Origin: Yuukianura sp. NJ FZ-2021
Taxonomy: Eukaryota
Direction: 5' to 3'
DNA: 64,000 nucleotides
NCBI GenBank assembly: GCA_046563655.1
Contig: CM102290.1
Coordinates: 14,570,001 to 14,634,000 of the forward strand
Part shown: positions 49,029-62,700 of the stretch, piece after piece
How the letters are laid out: every line of letters starts with the position of its first letter
How positions within the stretch are numbered: the first letter of the stretch is position 1
Made by a program: the position numbers and the translations under genes
The notes under the pieces: model-generated
The model's input: only the letters and a program-made list of their open reading frames with translations
What the model was told of the DNA's origin: nothing
Database searches by the model: none

Positions 49029-52000
49029 GTATCACATACTAATGTTTTGATGACACAGAAGGGTCTGTATGTAGGAAGATGGTGGTGAAGACGTGGGGAG
49101 GTTCCCCCTTCCCCGCCCCCAACTTCCTCTTCACTATTTCATAATCATGTTCCATTCACCTCACCTGTTCCATAGGCACTTACCATGAACGTCGTCTAGG
49201 CTTCAACTTAGGCTCTTCGTTAGGTTCTGCTTCGGTTCTTAGTTTTAACTAAGAAGTTGGACAAAAAAGAAGTTTGGAGGGGGAAGATGTGAGGGCTTCG
49301 GGAGTTGAGTCCGTTGGACCCTAGGCTGCCCAAGGATGCCGGATCTTTGTTCTGTCTAAGGAAAGTGGTTGGTTTTTTGTTGGAGCCGGACGTAGGTCCG
49401 CTTCTTCCGCTCCCCTCCCTTACTTTTGTTACGTTGGTTAGGTTGGATGTCTTGGAGAAGTTCTATTCTTCTGTTCAAAAGACAAAGGAAACTTCATCTC
49501 TAATGATCATCATCCAACAACAAGCACCGGGAAAACAGCCCCACCCAACCAAACACCGTCCCCTTCCTTCCTCCTCACGCTTCGCTACTTTTCTACAACC
49601 TTTAACTCAAAAAAATTGAAACTTGGATGCTAAAAAGTAAGTTCAAGTTGAAAAAAAATTTTTGTTTTTAAAACAGAGTTTTGTTGTAACCTTGAAAATT
49701 TAAAGAAAAACGCGGGAAAGCGGAGCCGAAAAATGTACCGTGAGTTTCAAAATCGCTGAATTGAAAACACAGATTCCTTAAAGTTCGCTTAACCTAAAGA
49801 AATTGCACCCGATATGGACAGATTTTGAAGAAATTTCAGAATTTTGCAAATTTTTGACAGAATTTTTGTTAGTGACGTTGAAATTTTGAAAAAGAGGAAA
49901 CGAAATATGTGTTATATCATCTGAAAATGACGAAGGTTGAATTGATTAATTGGTTTCAACATTTGAGTTGGTGGGAAAGTTTTTAACGGCGTTCGGAAGG
50001 AGAAGGAACAAAGAAAAATTATGAAAAGAGAGAAGTAAGGAAATGTTAAGGGCCTCCGTGGAGATGAAAGATTCATTTTTTGTTACATGATGGACCCTTA
50101 AGTCCCCTCTTTTTCCGAGGAATGCAGAGTTCCATTGCGTAGAGATTTCCAAATGGAATTGGTTCCTAAGTACCCTCCCCCTCCATGAGAGAGATGATGT
50201 TCTTGCGCAAAGGGGCCCTTAAGCAAAAGGCCAAGGGCTCCTTTCGTGTATTTTTGTTCCCTTGGACCCTTGTCTGTTTTATATTTCTTTACATTCGCCT
50301 CCTTCACTTTTCATTTGGTCCCGTTCCCAGACTTCCTTTTTACATTTTTTTTTTGGTTTTTGTGTACTTTGTCCAAGGGTCCTCATGATCTTGTAGGAGA
50401 TGCAGTTTCCTTTTCCTGCGTCCCTTCAAGTCCTCTCTTTTCAACCGAAAAGGCCCCCCTCCCCTCCCCTTACAAGTTCTAAGCACAAAAGAAATCTTGC
50501 GTCTCTTTCGAAATCAGTTTACAAAATATTTAGTACATTTCTGCATGATGTTTCGGTTTTTGAGCAAGAGAAAAAACAAACTTGATGCCCATGGTGAAAA
50601 TTTCAAATTTTTCGGTAAGATTTGGGTCAAATTTCGGAAATTTTTACTGATAGGTAAAATTGTTCAGTTTCTGAGACAGCAAAATTTCTTCTGCGTCAAA
50701 ATTGGAAGAAATTTGTGTTTTTTAAAACTGGAAGAATTTTGTGCTTTTCTAAGCTGGAAGAATTTTTGTTTATTCTGAAACGAATTCTTGCAATGTTCAC
50801 AACGCAATGTTAGTTTTTGACAAGACGATTTTTTTTTGATTTTGAGTAACTGAAATTTCGTCACCATCAAAACGTTAGTTGAGAATATCAAAATTTCAGT
50901 TTTTTAACAGATTTCGGTGTCATAAACCTTAGATTTTTACGGGAAGAAATTTGAGGATTTGAACTTGAAAAAAGTGGTGTTTGGGAATGTTTAGATGTTA
51001 TGAAATTGTGAAAAGTTTTGAAAACTAAATTTTCAAAATTTGGAAGGGATCAATTTGAAATGGTAGTTTAGGATTGGTTGATTTGGTAAGTTGTTGGTGT
51101 TTATTGGTGGGAGTGTACAGTTAGGTGTTGAGTAAGTGTTTGATTGAACATGAATTGATCTCCTTTGGAGAATTAAAACTGTGAATTAACTGTTCTTCTT
51201 AGCCTCTCTTCACCGGAGTGTCCAAACAGTTCAATACATTGTGAACTCTCTCTGACCAACATCCACCTTCCTAACGGACACTCATAGTTACTCCCTCCGA
51301 ACACATAGTTACTCCCTCCAAATACTGTTACTTGCTCAACAAACACAGTCCACGACCCAGTACCGTAAATCTCACTCTTCGAAAGGTGAACATCTTAATT
51401 GGTCAACTCATTCATTCACCCTCAAAAACCAAAAGTGGCTCAAATCGGATGCACAACTTCTGAATAAGAAGGAACCAAAAGCGGGAAAAAACGACTCCTT
51501 TTGAATGGTTTTTTGAATAACAAGGTTTTGTTTTAAAAAAAAATCAGAAAAACTGTTTCTTTTGGACTTGAATTTCTGAATTTTCTGTTCAACTCGTTTT
51601 TTTTTTCATAAGTTAGGCTCTTGTGTGGGCGGAATTTTGTTATGTATTGAGAAATTTTGTGTGATTGTTGTAAAGTGAAAATTTTTGACTAATTCTTGGA
51701 AAAAGTGAGAAATTTTGGCTAATTTTTGTAAAAAAGTGAGAAATTTTGTCTAATTTTTTGAGTCTTTTCGGCGAGCGTAAGATTTTAGTAGGAACATGTA
51801 GAGGTTTTGGAAAACTAAATTTAAAGTAGGACCGTAACCTGTAAAATGGAGAGTGAAATTTTAAAAAAGAGCGGAAATTTTGAAAAAGAAGTTTGGAGGG
51901 AGTAACACTTGTTGACTCCCGCTGTTTCTGAGTTGCTTTGAGTTTAAAGGAAAATGGTCATAAGGTTACACTTTCCAGGAAGTTACGACAGTTTTAGTCA

Positions 52001-53375
52001 AAAGACATTTTTTTTTGAAAATGGATTTTGAAATTGAAGGGGCGGGAAAGTTCAAGTTTTCTTGGAAATGGAGTTAACAATGGTCTGCACTCTATGTAGT
52101 CTTGAGGAGCTTCGAGTTTTTGAAAAATAAACTTTTTGGAACACAAACAGGAAGCATTTGACACGGCAATGACTTTGGATGAATTACGACTTTTGACCTT
52201 CCCGCCTCCAAGGTCAAAGGTCAACCTGCCACTTTTTCATATCAGTTTGGCTTTGTTCAAAATTTTGAGTTTTTGGATTTCCGGTTTACGAAATTTTGGT
52301 CGGTGTATAACTTCCTGTTTTCGGATTAATTTTGGCATGAGCTGGGTTCAATTTTTGAGTTTTCGGGGGGAAAATTAGCAAAAAGTTGAAATTTTGCCAA
52401 CTGAAAATGTATGTTTTTCGAAAGAAAAATCATTTCGGTGTTTCCTTTTTTTTTTATTTTTTGGCAGTAGAATTTTTTGATTTAATAATGAAGGGGAAAG
52501 GAACTTTGTGTGCGCCTGGGGAAGTGAAAGTGCTTCCCCTTCCTGGAGAGAACTATGTCATATGAGGGGGGGGGGGGGTCAGAGGAGGGGGGGGTCTAAC
52601 AGTAAGAAGGGGGGGGGGGGGTAAAGTTGATGTCCGTAGCTTGGAGGCCTCCCGGGTAGTTTGTGTCTGCACTAGAACCGAAAGTAGGACACTTCCGGTA
52701 TAACAAAATAATTTATAAGTATGGCGGGAGCTATGGAAAAGCCGCCGCTCTGCTTCCTACTTCCGCCTTCGAGAGTTCCATCCAAAGCTTTGGATCTGTG
52801 CCGAAGTCACCCGCCAAAAAAATTGGAATTTAAAAAAAATTGTGCAGAAAAAAATCTGCTCAAAAGTTACTTCTAAAAAAAGAGTGCCGAGGACGTGGAC
52901 TTTTCTGTGGATCTTTACGGTATTTTAGCTTTTTTGATTAGTTTTTTTAAGTGAAGTTTTTAGCTTTTTTTTTGAAAAATGAACTTAAAAGGTAGTTTTT
53001 TAAGGGAGTTGAAAGATGTTTAGGTTGATGTTGGAAGGTGAGATGAAAGATGTATAGATTTGGTAAATAATTGTGTGAGATCAGTTACATTTTTGTTCCT
53101 TTTAGTTGAGCATGGGATGGATGTTTGTAGTTGTGTGATCTGCATCCATTGTTCTTTTGTTTTCCTTGGCATTATGCAAGGAGAGATGATCGTTAACTCT
53201 TTGACCTCGGCCCACATGATACACAAGGCATGACACACACTGTGGCTTTACTGTAGTTTTTACATAACGGCACAAACAATCTTACACATCCTCATTCTTA
53301 CGGAAGGATACACGAATAGTTCCTCTCAATTCCTCATTGATTTTACTAGTTTTTCAAGTTCCGCAACTGTTGAGT

Positions 53376-53578
53376 TACCGTAGTTGTTCCAATAAGAGGC
53401 GAGGGCAGGTCGATAAGAGCCCTGCATTCCACAGGGAGCAAAGATGAAAAAAGCAGAAAAAAATATACCGTAGTAGGGCATTACTGCGAAAACAATAGGA
53501 TTAATTATTAAGCTGACAATGAGTTTTAAGTTTGATGGTAATAAGCGCCCGGGGGTCGAAAGGGGAAAGTTTACGGTA
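53376..53578. mobile_element. Degenerate MITE with TACCGTA...TACGGTA ends
   Basis: taccgta at 53376 and 53466, tacggta ending 53578; internal related motifs aataagaggcg, gataagagccc, taataagcgccc. Confidence 0.4.
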
Positions 53579-55214
53579 CTTTTTTTTTGAGACTGGCAGT
53601 ACTTGGACGTCAGAATTGATTTGTGCAATTGTTGCAACAGTTTTTGGATGAAGAGTGTAAAACTGTGGGCTAGTTCTGTACTTCTTATTGTTATTTAGTC
53701 CTAAAGTGCACAAAATTGCTCAATCCGTGGTACAGATCGTACATAGTACGTGTGGGATAATTTTGCAAAAATTTTGCAAACTTCCTGGCGGAATTGCCAA
53801 TTTTGAGCCGTCGTCGGCCGGTTTAAAGATGAGGATGTACGGGATTCGTTTATTTCTAAAAATGGCACTGTACTTTTTTCATTTAAAAAAATGGCACGTT
53901 TTTTTCCTTAATTTGAAACATTTGGCGGTTCCCCCTACTGCGCAAGCAGTTTTTTCGCGGAAGAAAAACGAAGAGTTGTGTACCCAGGAGTTCCACTTTT
54001 TTTTCGTGTTTGTAGAACTGTATTGACAGTTTCAAGAAGTTTCAAAAATTGGCGGAAGTGCGAAAAAAAATGACAAAGCGTTTGAAAAGCTACATGCGGT
54101 CGTCCTGTTTTTTTAAAACTTTTTCGAAACTTTTTTTTTGGCAAATTACGTTTGTCGAAACGACCCACGCGCAGTCTTTCCTTTTTTCGCATCATTATAA
54201 TTCCCGTATGCCAATTTTAGGACATGAGAAGATGAGCTTCTTGAACTCAAAAGTACAAACTTCCTGTTCCATTTTGAACGTAGGTAGGAGCAGCAAAAGC
54301 TAAATTTAGAAAACGGAAATGAACTTGTTTGAACAAAGTTAAAAAAAAAACTTTTTTAGAACAGGCAAAGCGGAAGCGAAACTTAAAAAAGACGAACTTG
54401 AGTTTTTCTGGATTTTAGCGTGGAGCAGTTGGAAAACTTTTTTTAAAGGCTAAAGGTTAGTAGATTGATTTTGAAATTTTTAAAATGTAGAATCTTTAAA
54501 AACTCCCGGGAACATGAAACTTGTTTTGGGAGTTTTCGAAAAACACAATGTTCGATTGCACTTTGTCCAGAAACTTTTCAAAAAGTCCAAAAAAGCAAAA
54601 CACAAAAATTTATTTTTGGATTTGAAACGAGACCAAGCAGGTTCACTCAAAATTTGAGCGGAACTGACCGTACCTTGTGAAATTAAAAAAAAAACGTAAA
54701 CAGAGAACAGGGTTGGTCAAAACTTAAGAAAATTTTTTTTTTACTAATTTGTTAAATTTTTGACGTTTTGAAAATTGAATTGGGTGGGGATGAGATGTGT
54801 CTGTCCTTAAGTTTCTTCAGTTATAATTGATGTGTGGGACAAAGTGACAGAAGCAATGGCCATCCTTCAACTGGTGGTGGCGGGAGACTTTGAAATGATT
54901 TTGAATGACGACTGTATGACAAGCGCCTCATATGCGAAACACGACAGAGCGCTTAAAATTCGCTGAAAGCGCTGCACTGGAATGGCTGGAAGGACGGTTA
55001 TGCTCATAAGTGTCCTTCCAGGAAAAGCGTTCAATTTTTTATCGATTTGTGTCCATTTCCATGCGACGACGTTTTCCTTCATGTGTCCAATTTCCGTCAT
55101 CCGTCGCTCAGAAATGAATGAGGTTAATTGAACTAATGGAACTCCGGACAGACCAAAAAAAAAAATTGGACGTTTTCAAAAAAAAAGATGTGAAAAAAAA
55201 ATTGGAAGAAAAAC

Positions 55215-55263
55215 TTATTTTTGGTCGAGTTTCGTCAAATCGGCGAAACTCGACCAAAAATAA
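55215..55263. repeat. Perfect 20-bp-arm inverted repeat with a 9-nt loop
   Basis: ttatttttggtcgagtttcg / cgaaactcgaccaaaaataa. Confidence 0.9.
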
Positions 55264-57710
55264 ATATTTATTTTTTGCGTTTTCCAATTTTCCAGTTTTT
55301 TCTGTACGACGAATTTTTTTAAAGGTTTGGATGAAATTTAACAGAATTTTTGCGTTAGTGAGAGTCAAGATGTGCGGGAAAATGTGAAGTTTGGAGACTG
55401 AGATTAAGTTTTAGTTGAGGAGAAAGTGAAAACAAAAATGGTTTCACGATATTTCCGGTTTGCATGAGATTTTGTACTTTGGCGGTTTCTGTGTTTTGGT
55501 ACGAAGTATAATCGGTTTAGATCGTTTCTAAAATTGGTATAGTATTTTTAGATTTTGATATTGAAAATGTCAACAGAGGTCAACCTCAATTCAAACCTCA
55601 TGTCTCAAAATTTTCTAAAGTTAAAGCACTAAACACAACTTCGACTTGTTGTTTTTTTTTTTTTGCGTAGGTTTTTATAAAAAGTCTATGCAGTTTTACT
55701 GCTTGTTTTGAAATGAATTTCCTTCTTGAAAGTTTTGAATTGAAAAGTATAAAGGGAAGCAGTGTTTGAGTTTCATGAAGCAAAATTGGGTTCTGAAAGT
55801 AAATTTTTTAAAAATGGCGAAAAACTTTTTATTTGTATAAGAACATAGGATATTTGTGTTACATAAAAAGTTTGTTTTCGGTTGCATGTTTTGATGGATG
55901 GTTTTTGTTCTGATACTTATTTTGCCATTTCCTTTGTATTTTTGTGGAACTACATAGTATATTAACATTTAAGTTCCAAAAGTTGTTGTATTGGTGACCA
56001 AAGAAATCGGAGTGTTTCCGTCCCAGGAAGTCACATTTTAGAAGACGCCGAATCGAATCCCAGTCTCACAACTTTTTTTTTATACCGGAACTTTCATATT
56101 TGTTTCTACCCTGAGGAGAAAGCGTGATTTTTACCGTGGCAGTCCAAAGTTGTAGTATAGGCAGGCTCTAATCTCAGCAGGTGATCAACCACTTTTGTTC
56201 TAAATATAAACAATCTTGTTCTAAAAATACTTTTTCAAAAGACTGTAATTTTACAAAAGAAACCGGAACTGGAACCCACAAAAGAAATCGGGTACCGTAA
56301 AACTCCCAATAGGCGGCACACGGAAGCGAAAATTCGGTGCTTTTCGTTGAATTTTTAAAAGTTATGAAATTACCAGCTCTGCTGTGCAATGCTTGCTGGG
56401 GCTTCGCTCAAATCCTACCGTAAGGCCTCTCATATTGCTCCGGTGCCGTCCATTCTTCAGTCTCACCTTACCCCAACATGTGTCAAAAAATACTTTATGG
56501 CGGGAAATGAAATTTCAAATTCAAAAAAAGTAGTTACTTTTATTTTTCAAATAGTAGACACTTTGTGCAGTTTGGCAACACTGCATTTCTGTACATTTTT
56601 GTTTCGCATTACCCCATAGAACTTTGGAATTTCGAAATTGTTGATTTTTTTTTTTCAATTTTTTTTTGTGGTGGATGGAGTAGGTCACTGTAGATTTGGG
56701 TCTTTTCCCATGTCAAATTTCTTGGAAGCTTTTAAACTGCTTTTGTACGAGAAGAAAAGGTTCTTTGTTTTGGCACGAGAAGAAAAGATTTGATTTTTTT
56801 AGTAATGGATTTAGGGATTTAGAGAGATGATGAAGCTTGAAGTGTGCGAAAATTCGTGAGTTTCGCCACATCCCTTCCTTGTTCCTTGCTCTTAAGTAGT
56901 TTTTAGTGGATGGAGGGAGTAACTATTTTGGAAATTGAGCAAGTAGTGGCAGAGCAATTGGGAAATGAATCTGTGCTAAGGAAAGAAGTGTGATGGAGGG
57001 CACCGGATCTCGTCTTGTCCTTTTGTTCCCAATTATTTTTAGAAAGGGCGTGGACCCACCACGTAATTAGACACTCTTGGACGGACATTTGCGGACCGAC
57101 GATCAGGGCGGTGACTTTATGGTATTTTTAAGTCCTATTTCCATCTCTGACGGTAGTTCTTAAGTGTCTGTCTATAAACTAGTGGTGCATAGATGTCCGT
57201 CCAGAAGTGTGAGGGAATGGACCCAGCTTAACAATGAGAATAGGAAGAAGAGGCTTTTGAAGTGTTTGATGGTGGGATTGATAGGAAGAGAAATTGGTGT
57301 TGAGCAGAAGCCTCGAGCGGATCAAAAGGAAGTCAGGTCTTCTTAACACACTTTTCCGAGGCTATTTTTAGTTGGAGATGTTAAATTTTAAACGGAAGAG
57401 GATCTCCCGCCAACAGTTTGAGGAAGAGCTGTACCTACTTTGAGTGTACTATAAGAAGGCATAGACGCTCATGCAGAGAGGCTGACGTTCATGACAAATT
57501 TGAATTGAGGGACTCTGCATTGTGATGTCAACGGTAGTAATTAAGGAGGGAACAACGCAACTTTTAGATTTACCGTAAAGATCCGGGTAGAGGAGGAGCT
57601 CAGGTTGACATGACTCATTTTTGAAGTTTTATTATAGTTTTTGAATTTTTAAATTCACTTTCACATGTTTAAGAGGGAGATTTTATTGGCATAAGATGAA
57701 TATGAAAGAG

Positions 57711-57979
57711 TACCGTAAAGTTCCAAGCATAGTTTTCGTGCTAGATTTAAGTTTTTATAGTCGGAGAAAAGTTGACCTTCAAAACACGTGTGAGAAATGG
57801 GAAACAGCTGATGTTTTGGTGAATTTGTAAAGTTTAAGAGTGGATCTGTGCACGGATAGTTTTGAGGGAGGTTTGGGTTCGAATCTCATGGGACGTGAAA
57901 TTTTTTTGTGAGTTGACGGCGTGAGTTATTGCAAAATGGAGTTTTTTGAAGGTGGGGTTGTAGTTGGAGGTTTACGGTA
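57711..57979. mobile_element. MITE-like element with TACCGTAAA termini (Tc1/mariner-pogo type, TA target)
   Basis: Left taccgtaaagttccaa versus reverse complement of the right end taccgtaaacctccaa (14/16). Confidence 0.5.
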
Positions 57980-59711
57980 AAGTGAAAAATTAAAGTTTAA
58001 TAGAGAAGAGGCGGCAGTGGCTAAAAATATAAATCCTGGGATCTCCATTGACTTTTTCTCTCAGGAGATGAGATTTAATATAAATCACATACACTTCCTT
58101 ATGGCTTCCGCCTTTCTACAAAAAGGGCGCCAATTTTTCAAAATGACTGTTCAATGCTGTTTGATTATGAGCATAAATGTTCAAAACAGGTCCTACTTTT
58201 TTTAAATTAAAACAAAAACTGAAAAAGAAGCAGTTTAATCGTAAGTTGTAAGAAATGAAATGTTGGAAAAAAATATTTGTACACAAGTTTTGCCGAATTT
58301 TAAAAATTTGTTCAAACTTGTCCAGAGGCGTTCTATGCAATGAAAATTTAAAAAAAAGTGGCGAATTAGGAAGAGAGAAAGAAAACAACAAAAAGTTCAA
58401 ATTTTTTCACTTTTAGTTTCGAACCAAGAATTTCCTCTCTCTCTAGCTTCAAGTTGAGCATTTGCAAATTTGCTGAAAAAATGTTGCGAAATTTTTTGTT
58501 GCAATTTTTTGCTTGTTGCAAAAGGAGGATAAAGGGTGCAAATTAATTATGGCCTCATCGTATGCCCAAAAGTTTGCATTTTAACAGCAGTTGGGAATGT
58601 CAAGTTTGAACATTCTCTCTGCCTGTTTTTTGAAAAAGATGTTATTTTTTTCCAATTTTTCAAAAAGTGGTGAAACTGGTTTCATTGTCTTCTGTATGTC
58701 GCATCTTCCTTATTCATTATTTTTACATTCTCCATCCTTCTCCTTTTCGTTTTTTAAGAAAAAAGGAACAAATTAAATCTGATTTCATCTTCCTTTGTCC
58801 CCTGCAGCCTCATCAACAAAAACTTGAAAAATTGGAGTTTGTAAGCAATTAATCAGTTGAAGGACACCTTATTTGGGTGGCGTGTAAATTAAAATAAGTG
58901 GCATTCATAACATGGTTTGAAACATTTTTTGTTTCGTTTTTTGAAAAATGGCTGCAGGAGTTGCTTCCGAGCGGTTTTCAAAATTTTTGAACTTCCAAGT
59001 TCAAGAAAAGTATGTTTGGGTTTTAGAAATAATTGTTGTTGGGAGGCTGCAAATTTGCAAGGATTTTGAACATTTTTGCTTGGATTTTTAATTTGAATGA
59101 TTGGAAGTTGAATTTGAAGATTTCGAAATTTCGAAATTTGTTGAAATTGAAGCATTTGGTGATGGAGGAGAAAATTGAGCGAGAGATGCCTTTTTTTGTT
59201 TGAAGAGAATGATGTTTAAAATGGTGATGGTAATCGATGAAAATATCGTTTGCGTCGGTTAGTGGTTTAAAAGGAAAAGCGGTTGGTTGGTAGTGATTTG
59301 GATTTTGTTGGTTTTGTTGTGGAACATTAGAGTCAGTCTCAGGAGGTTTTGCTAAGGAGGAAGGATGTGGTTACGAACTTCAGTAATTGTTCCTTTCTAA
59401 ATGGTTCTTTCCTGAGACTAAAAATCCAGTAGGCCTACTTACAAAATTAGTCCAGGACTAACTTGGACGGAGACTTTTAGTACCGCGGAATGTAAAAGTA
59501 AAAAAAGCTACGATTTTCAGCAACTCATAGCTGAGAATTAAAAACCAAATTCCTACAAAAACTAGTTTTCCCAAGTAATTTATTTCCAATAAAATTACCG
59601 TGATTACCGTAAAATGCCTCTTTAAGTAGATGTATATTACGGTGTTGAAGGTATTTTTTTGTTCAAGTTTGTTCAAATTTTGATATAACGCTTAGAACAC
59701 ATTGGCTTCAG

Positions 59712-59761
59712 AACGCAAATTTTCGCGAACACGCGATACCATATTCGCGAAAATTTGCGTT
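59712..59761. repeat. Perfect 18-bp-arm inverted repeat with a 14-nt loop
   Basis: aacgcaaattttcgcgaa / ttcgcgaaaatttgcgtt. Confidence 0.9.
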
Positions 59762-62700
59762 TGAGCGTATCGGTACGGTTGTAAGCGTATGATTTGTCAG
59801 GAATCTTACTGTAATTTGCATGGGGTGCAGGTGAAGGGCAAAAGTCTATTTGTTAAGTTTGTTTAGGATGAAAATTGGCGTTAGTTCATATCGGTACGGT
59901 TGTTTGCGTGGGGTTTGACGTGTGACCAGAGTTAAGTAGGGAGTTATATTTAGGATTTGAATTAAGGGAAGTTTCTTTTGTCTTTATCAAAAGCCACAGA
60001 AGGAGAGGAAATTAGGCCTGGGAATTATTAGTGACAGGACATTGGAAAGTAGAGGAATTGACGCGAGAGAAGAAAGCGGAAAGAGAGTTGCTGGACAACA
60101 ACGTCAAAACTCCTGTGGTCATTTGAGTGTGGAGTGTCACGGCACTTACGTCTATTTCCTTTGTTCCACAGACGCTGTTGCAACTGACCAACATCCTCCG
60201 ACGTCAGTCTCACCAGGATCTTAAGTCCAAACGACAATCAACTCCGCTCAAACTCCTCCCGCAACTGGACAAACTCACAACTCAAAAATTCAACATTTTT
60301 TCAACAAATTTTGAACGTAAGAATCTTTTTTTCTAACTTTTACTCTCCTTTTTCTTCGCTTTTTTTGGTTCCTTATGAAATTTTTTAATGGAATTTTTGG
60401 TGTTGAAAGATTTTAGAATTTAGAATTTTAAGACTTTTTGCAGTAGCAGCGAAATTTGGAAATCTAGGCAAGCTTAACCTAGAGTTAAAGCGTCGATGAA
60501 TTTTTTATTGAAATTTTGGAAGATGAAATTTTTTGTTTTGTTTTGAAAAAAGTGGTTTTCGTGTTTTTTGTTTTTCACGAATTGCTTGATTTTGCTTACT
60601 GTTTGGCTGGATTCCTTTTGGTTTTTTGTGTTTTATTTTTTCAGTTTTTTTTTTATTAAGAAAGGAATCAAAATGTTTTGAATTTGCGTAGGTTTGAATC
60701 GGTTTTTTAACCTGAGTGAACCTAGGCGTGGGAATGTTTGATTCTTATAGAAAAAGAGTAAGCGACGCCCTTTGTGTAAACTGTTTTGGCCCAAGGTTGG
60801 CTTCAGCAGCACCACAAACGCGTAGGCGGCATGTTCCGGCCAAAATTTGCAAAAGTTTGCAGAAAAAATTGCAAATAGGTGTTTTGGTTATTGCTAAAAG
60901 TCGGAAACGCTTGTGCTGTCTCTGGTTCGATGTTTGCCAATTTCCTTATTTTGCAAATGGCCAAAAACACTTATCTCGAGGCGCTGACAGGGAAGCTGCT
61001 GCTTCTTTTTGCAGTGCAAAATTGACTACAGTGATGCGAAGTTTTTAGAAACATTTGCCAATAATTCGCAACTTTTTTAACATGCAAGTTTTGCAACACG
61101 AAATTTATTCAAGAGTTGCCCAAATTTTGAGAAATTTGATTCTCGTGCATTTCAAAAGTGTGAAACTCTATTGGTCAATTCTGCTTATTGAGAAGAATTT
61201 GGAATTTGTAAATTTTGAAATTTCGAAAAAAAAAATTGTTTTAATCGAAATGTGAGGCAGGTTTAAAGTTTAGGCGGGAAGGTTTAATTGAAAAGGCAAG
61301 TATGGGTAGGTGCTACAAAATTTTTTTGGAATGGAATTTGCAAATTTTCTTTGTAAGTGACGCTTAGAGGTTGTTGAAAAGTAGAAAGCGGAAGTTTGTT
61401 TAAAAAAGTTTTTTTAGTGTGTATTTTTGTGTGTTGAGTACACAGTGACTATTTAGTTTTGGTGGTACAGTATGAAAATGTAGGTTCCATATGAACATAT
61501 ACATGAGGTGGGTTGTGCGCAGTCGTAATTTTAGTACTATTAAACCAGAATTAATTCTCTTCCGCCATGATAACACATAAGAGAGGCGCAGATTGAGGCA
61601 AGGCTCTTCCTCATTTTATGCAAAAACGAAAAAAATGGAAAATGTGGAGCAAATGATGCGCTTCTCTTTTGCATCATCATCATCCTGGAAAAATAAACAG
61701 GAAAAACGAGCAAGAAATTGGAAAGTGGGAGCAGAGGTCAAAGGTCATGGGTTTTTATTTCTAATTTCACTCTTTTTAACTCCAGGAACTTGTTTGTGCA
61801 TTCGTTGAATATGTTAGGTTATGGTTTTACAAATTTTAGCGTTGTTATGTAACGAAATTTTGGATTTTGAAAAAAAAATGGAGTACATGCTACTATTTTT
61901 TTTTATGGAAAACTAGAATTGTTAGGGTAGGGTAAGCAAATGAGCTCCACCTTAACACTTTCCTACTTTGGTGATAATTTTAGGCTGGAGGAAAAGATTT
62001 TCGAAAAAAACGACATTTTTTTAGTTTTGGTTTTTTGATTATTTTTTGTGAGAGCAAGTGCGTCCAGCATCTCTTCATATGATCTTTGCAGAACAAAATG
62101 CAAAAAAGTTGAAGATTTTTAGTCTCTCAAGGTCTTGTGCCCATCTGCTGGTCATAATGAATAGAAAAGACTATAAAAAATTTCAACTTTTTTTTAAATT
62201 GACAATACGAAGGAAGTTTCCTTTACAATTTATAGTCGCATCATCCTCATTCCATATGCATACTCACTAGTTCCTCTTTTTGTTCACTTTTGCAACCAAA
62301 AATTACGCAAAAGTTACAATTTTGAAATAGATTTTTCGAAAACAGAAAAAGAGTTTGAGAGAATTCGACAATTTCATTTTTTGAAGTTTAAGAAACAGAA
62401 TTACAAGAATTTTGAGCTGTTTTCTGTCCGATCAGAATTTTAGACAGTGGTTTTTGAAAAACATTTTCGAGAATTTTTCAGAAAAAAAAATTGTTTTTGT
62501 TGACGAATTTTTTTTTGTTTGGATTCAATTTTCAAAATTTTTTATGAGATGATGAGTTGGAAGTTTTTTGACGTCTGATTTTTGTCACCATTAAAAAAAA
62601 CCGGTGTTCATAAAATTAAAAGTTGAAAAATCGTTGGTGTTTTATTGAACAGGTTTTTTTCAAAATGACAAAGTTGTTTTTATTTTATTTTTTTGAATTT

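Larger units (their letters stand above)
46249..60316 (+). other. Candidate 5' exons of a large-intron gene running out of the window (46249-46290, 47391-47444, 60172-60316; another donor near 49637)
   Basis: C/A-rich islands bounded by polypyrimidine-CAG acceptors and GTAAG donors within T/G-rich sequence. No homology recognised. Confidence 0.3.

Noticed and set aside
54855..55110. GC-richer island with a 77-aa minus-strand ORF
   Set aside because: No recognisable domain or splice structure.
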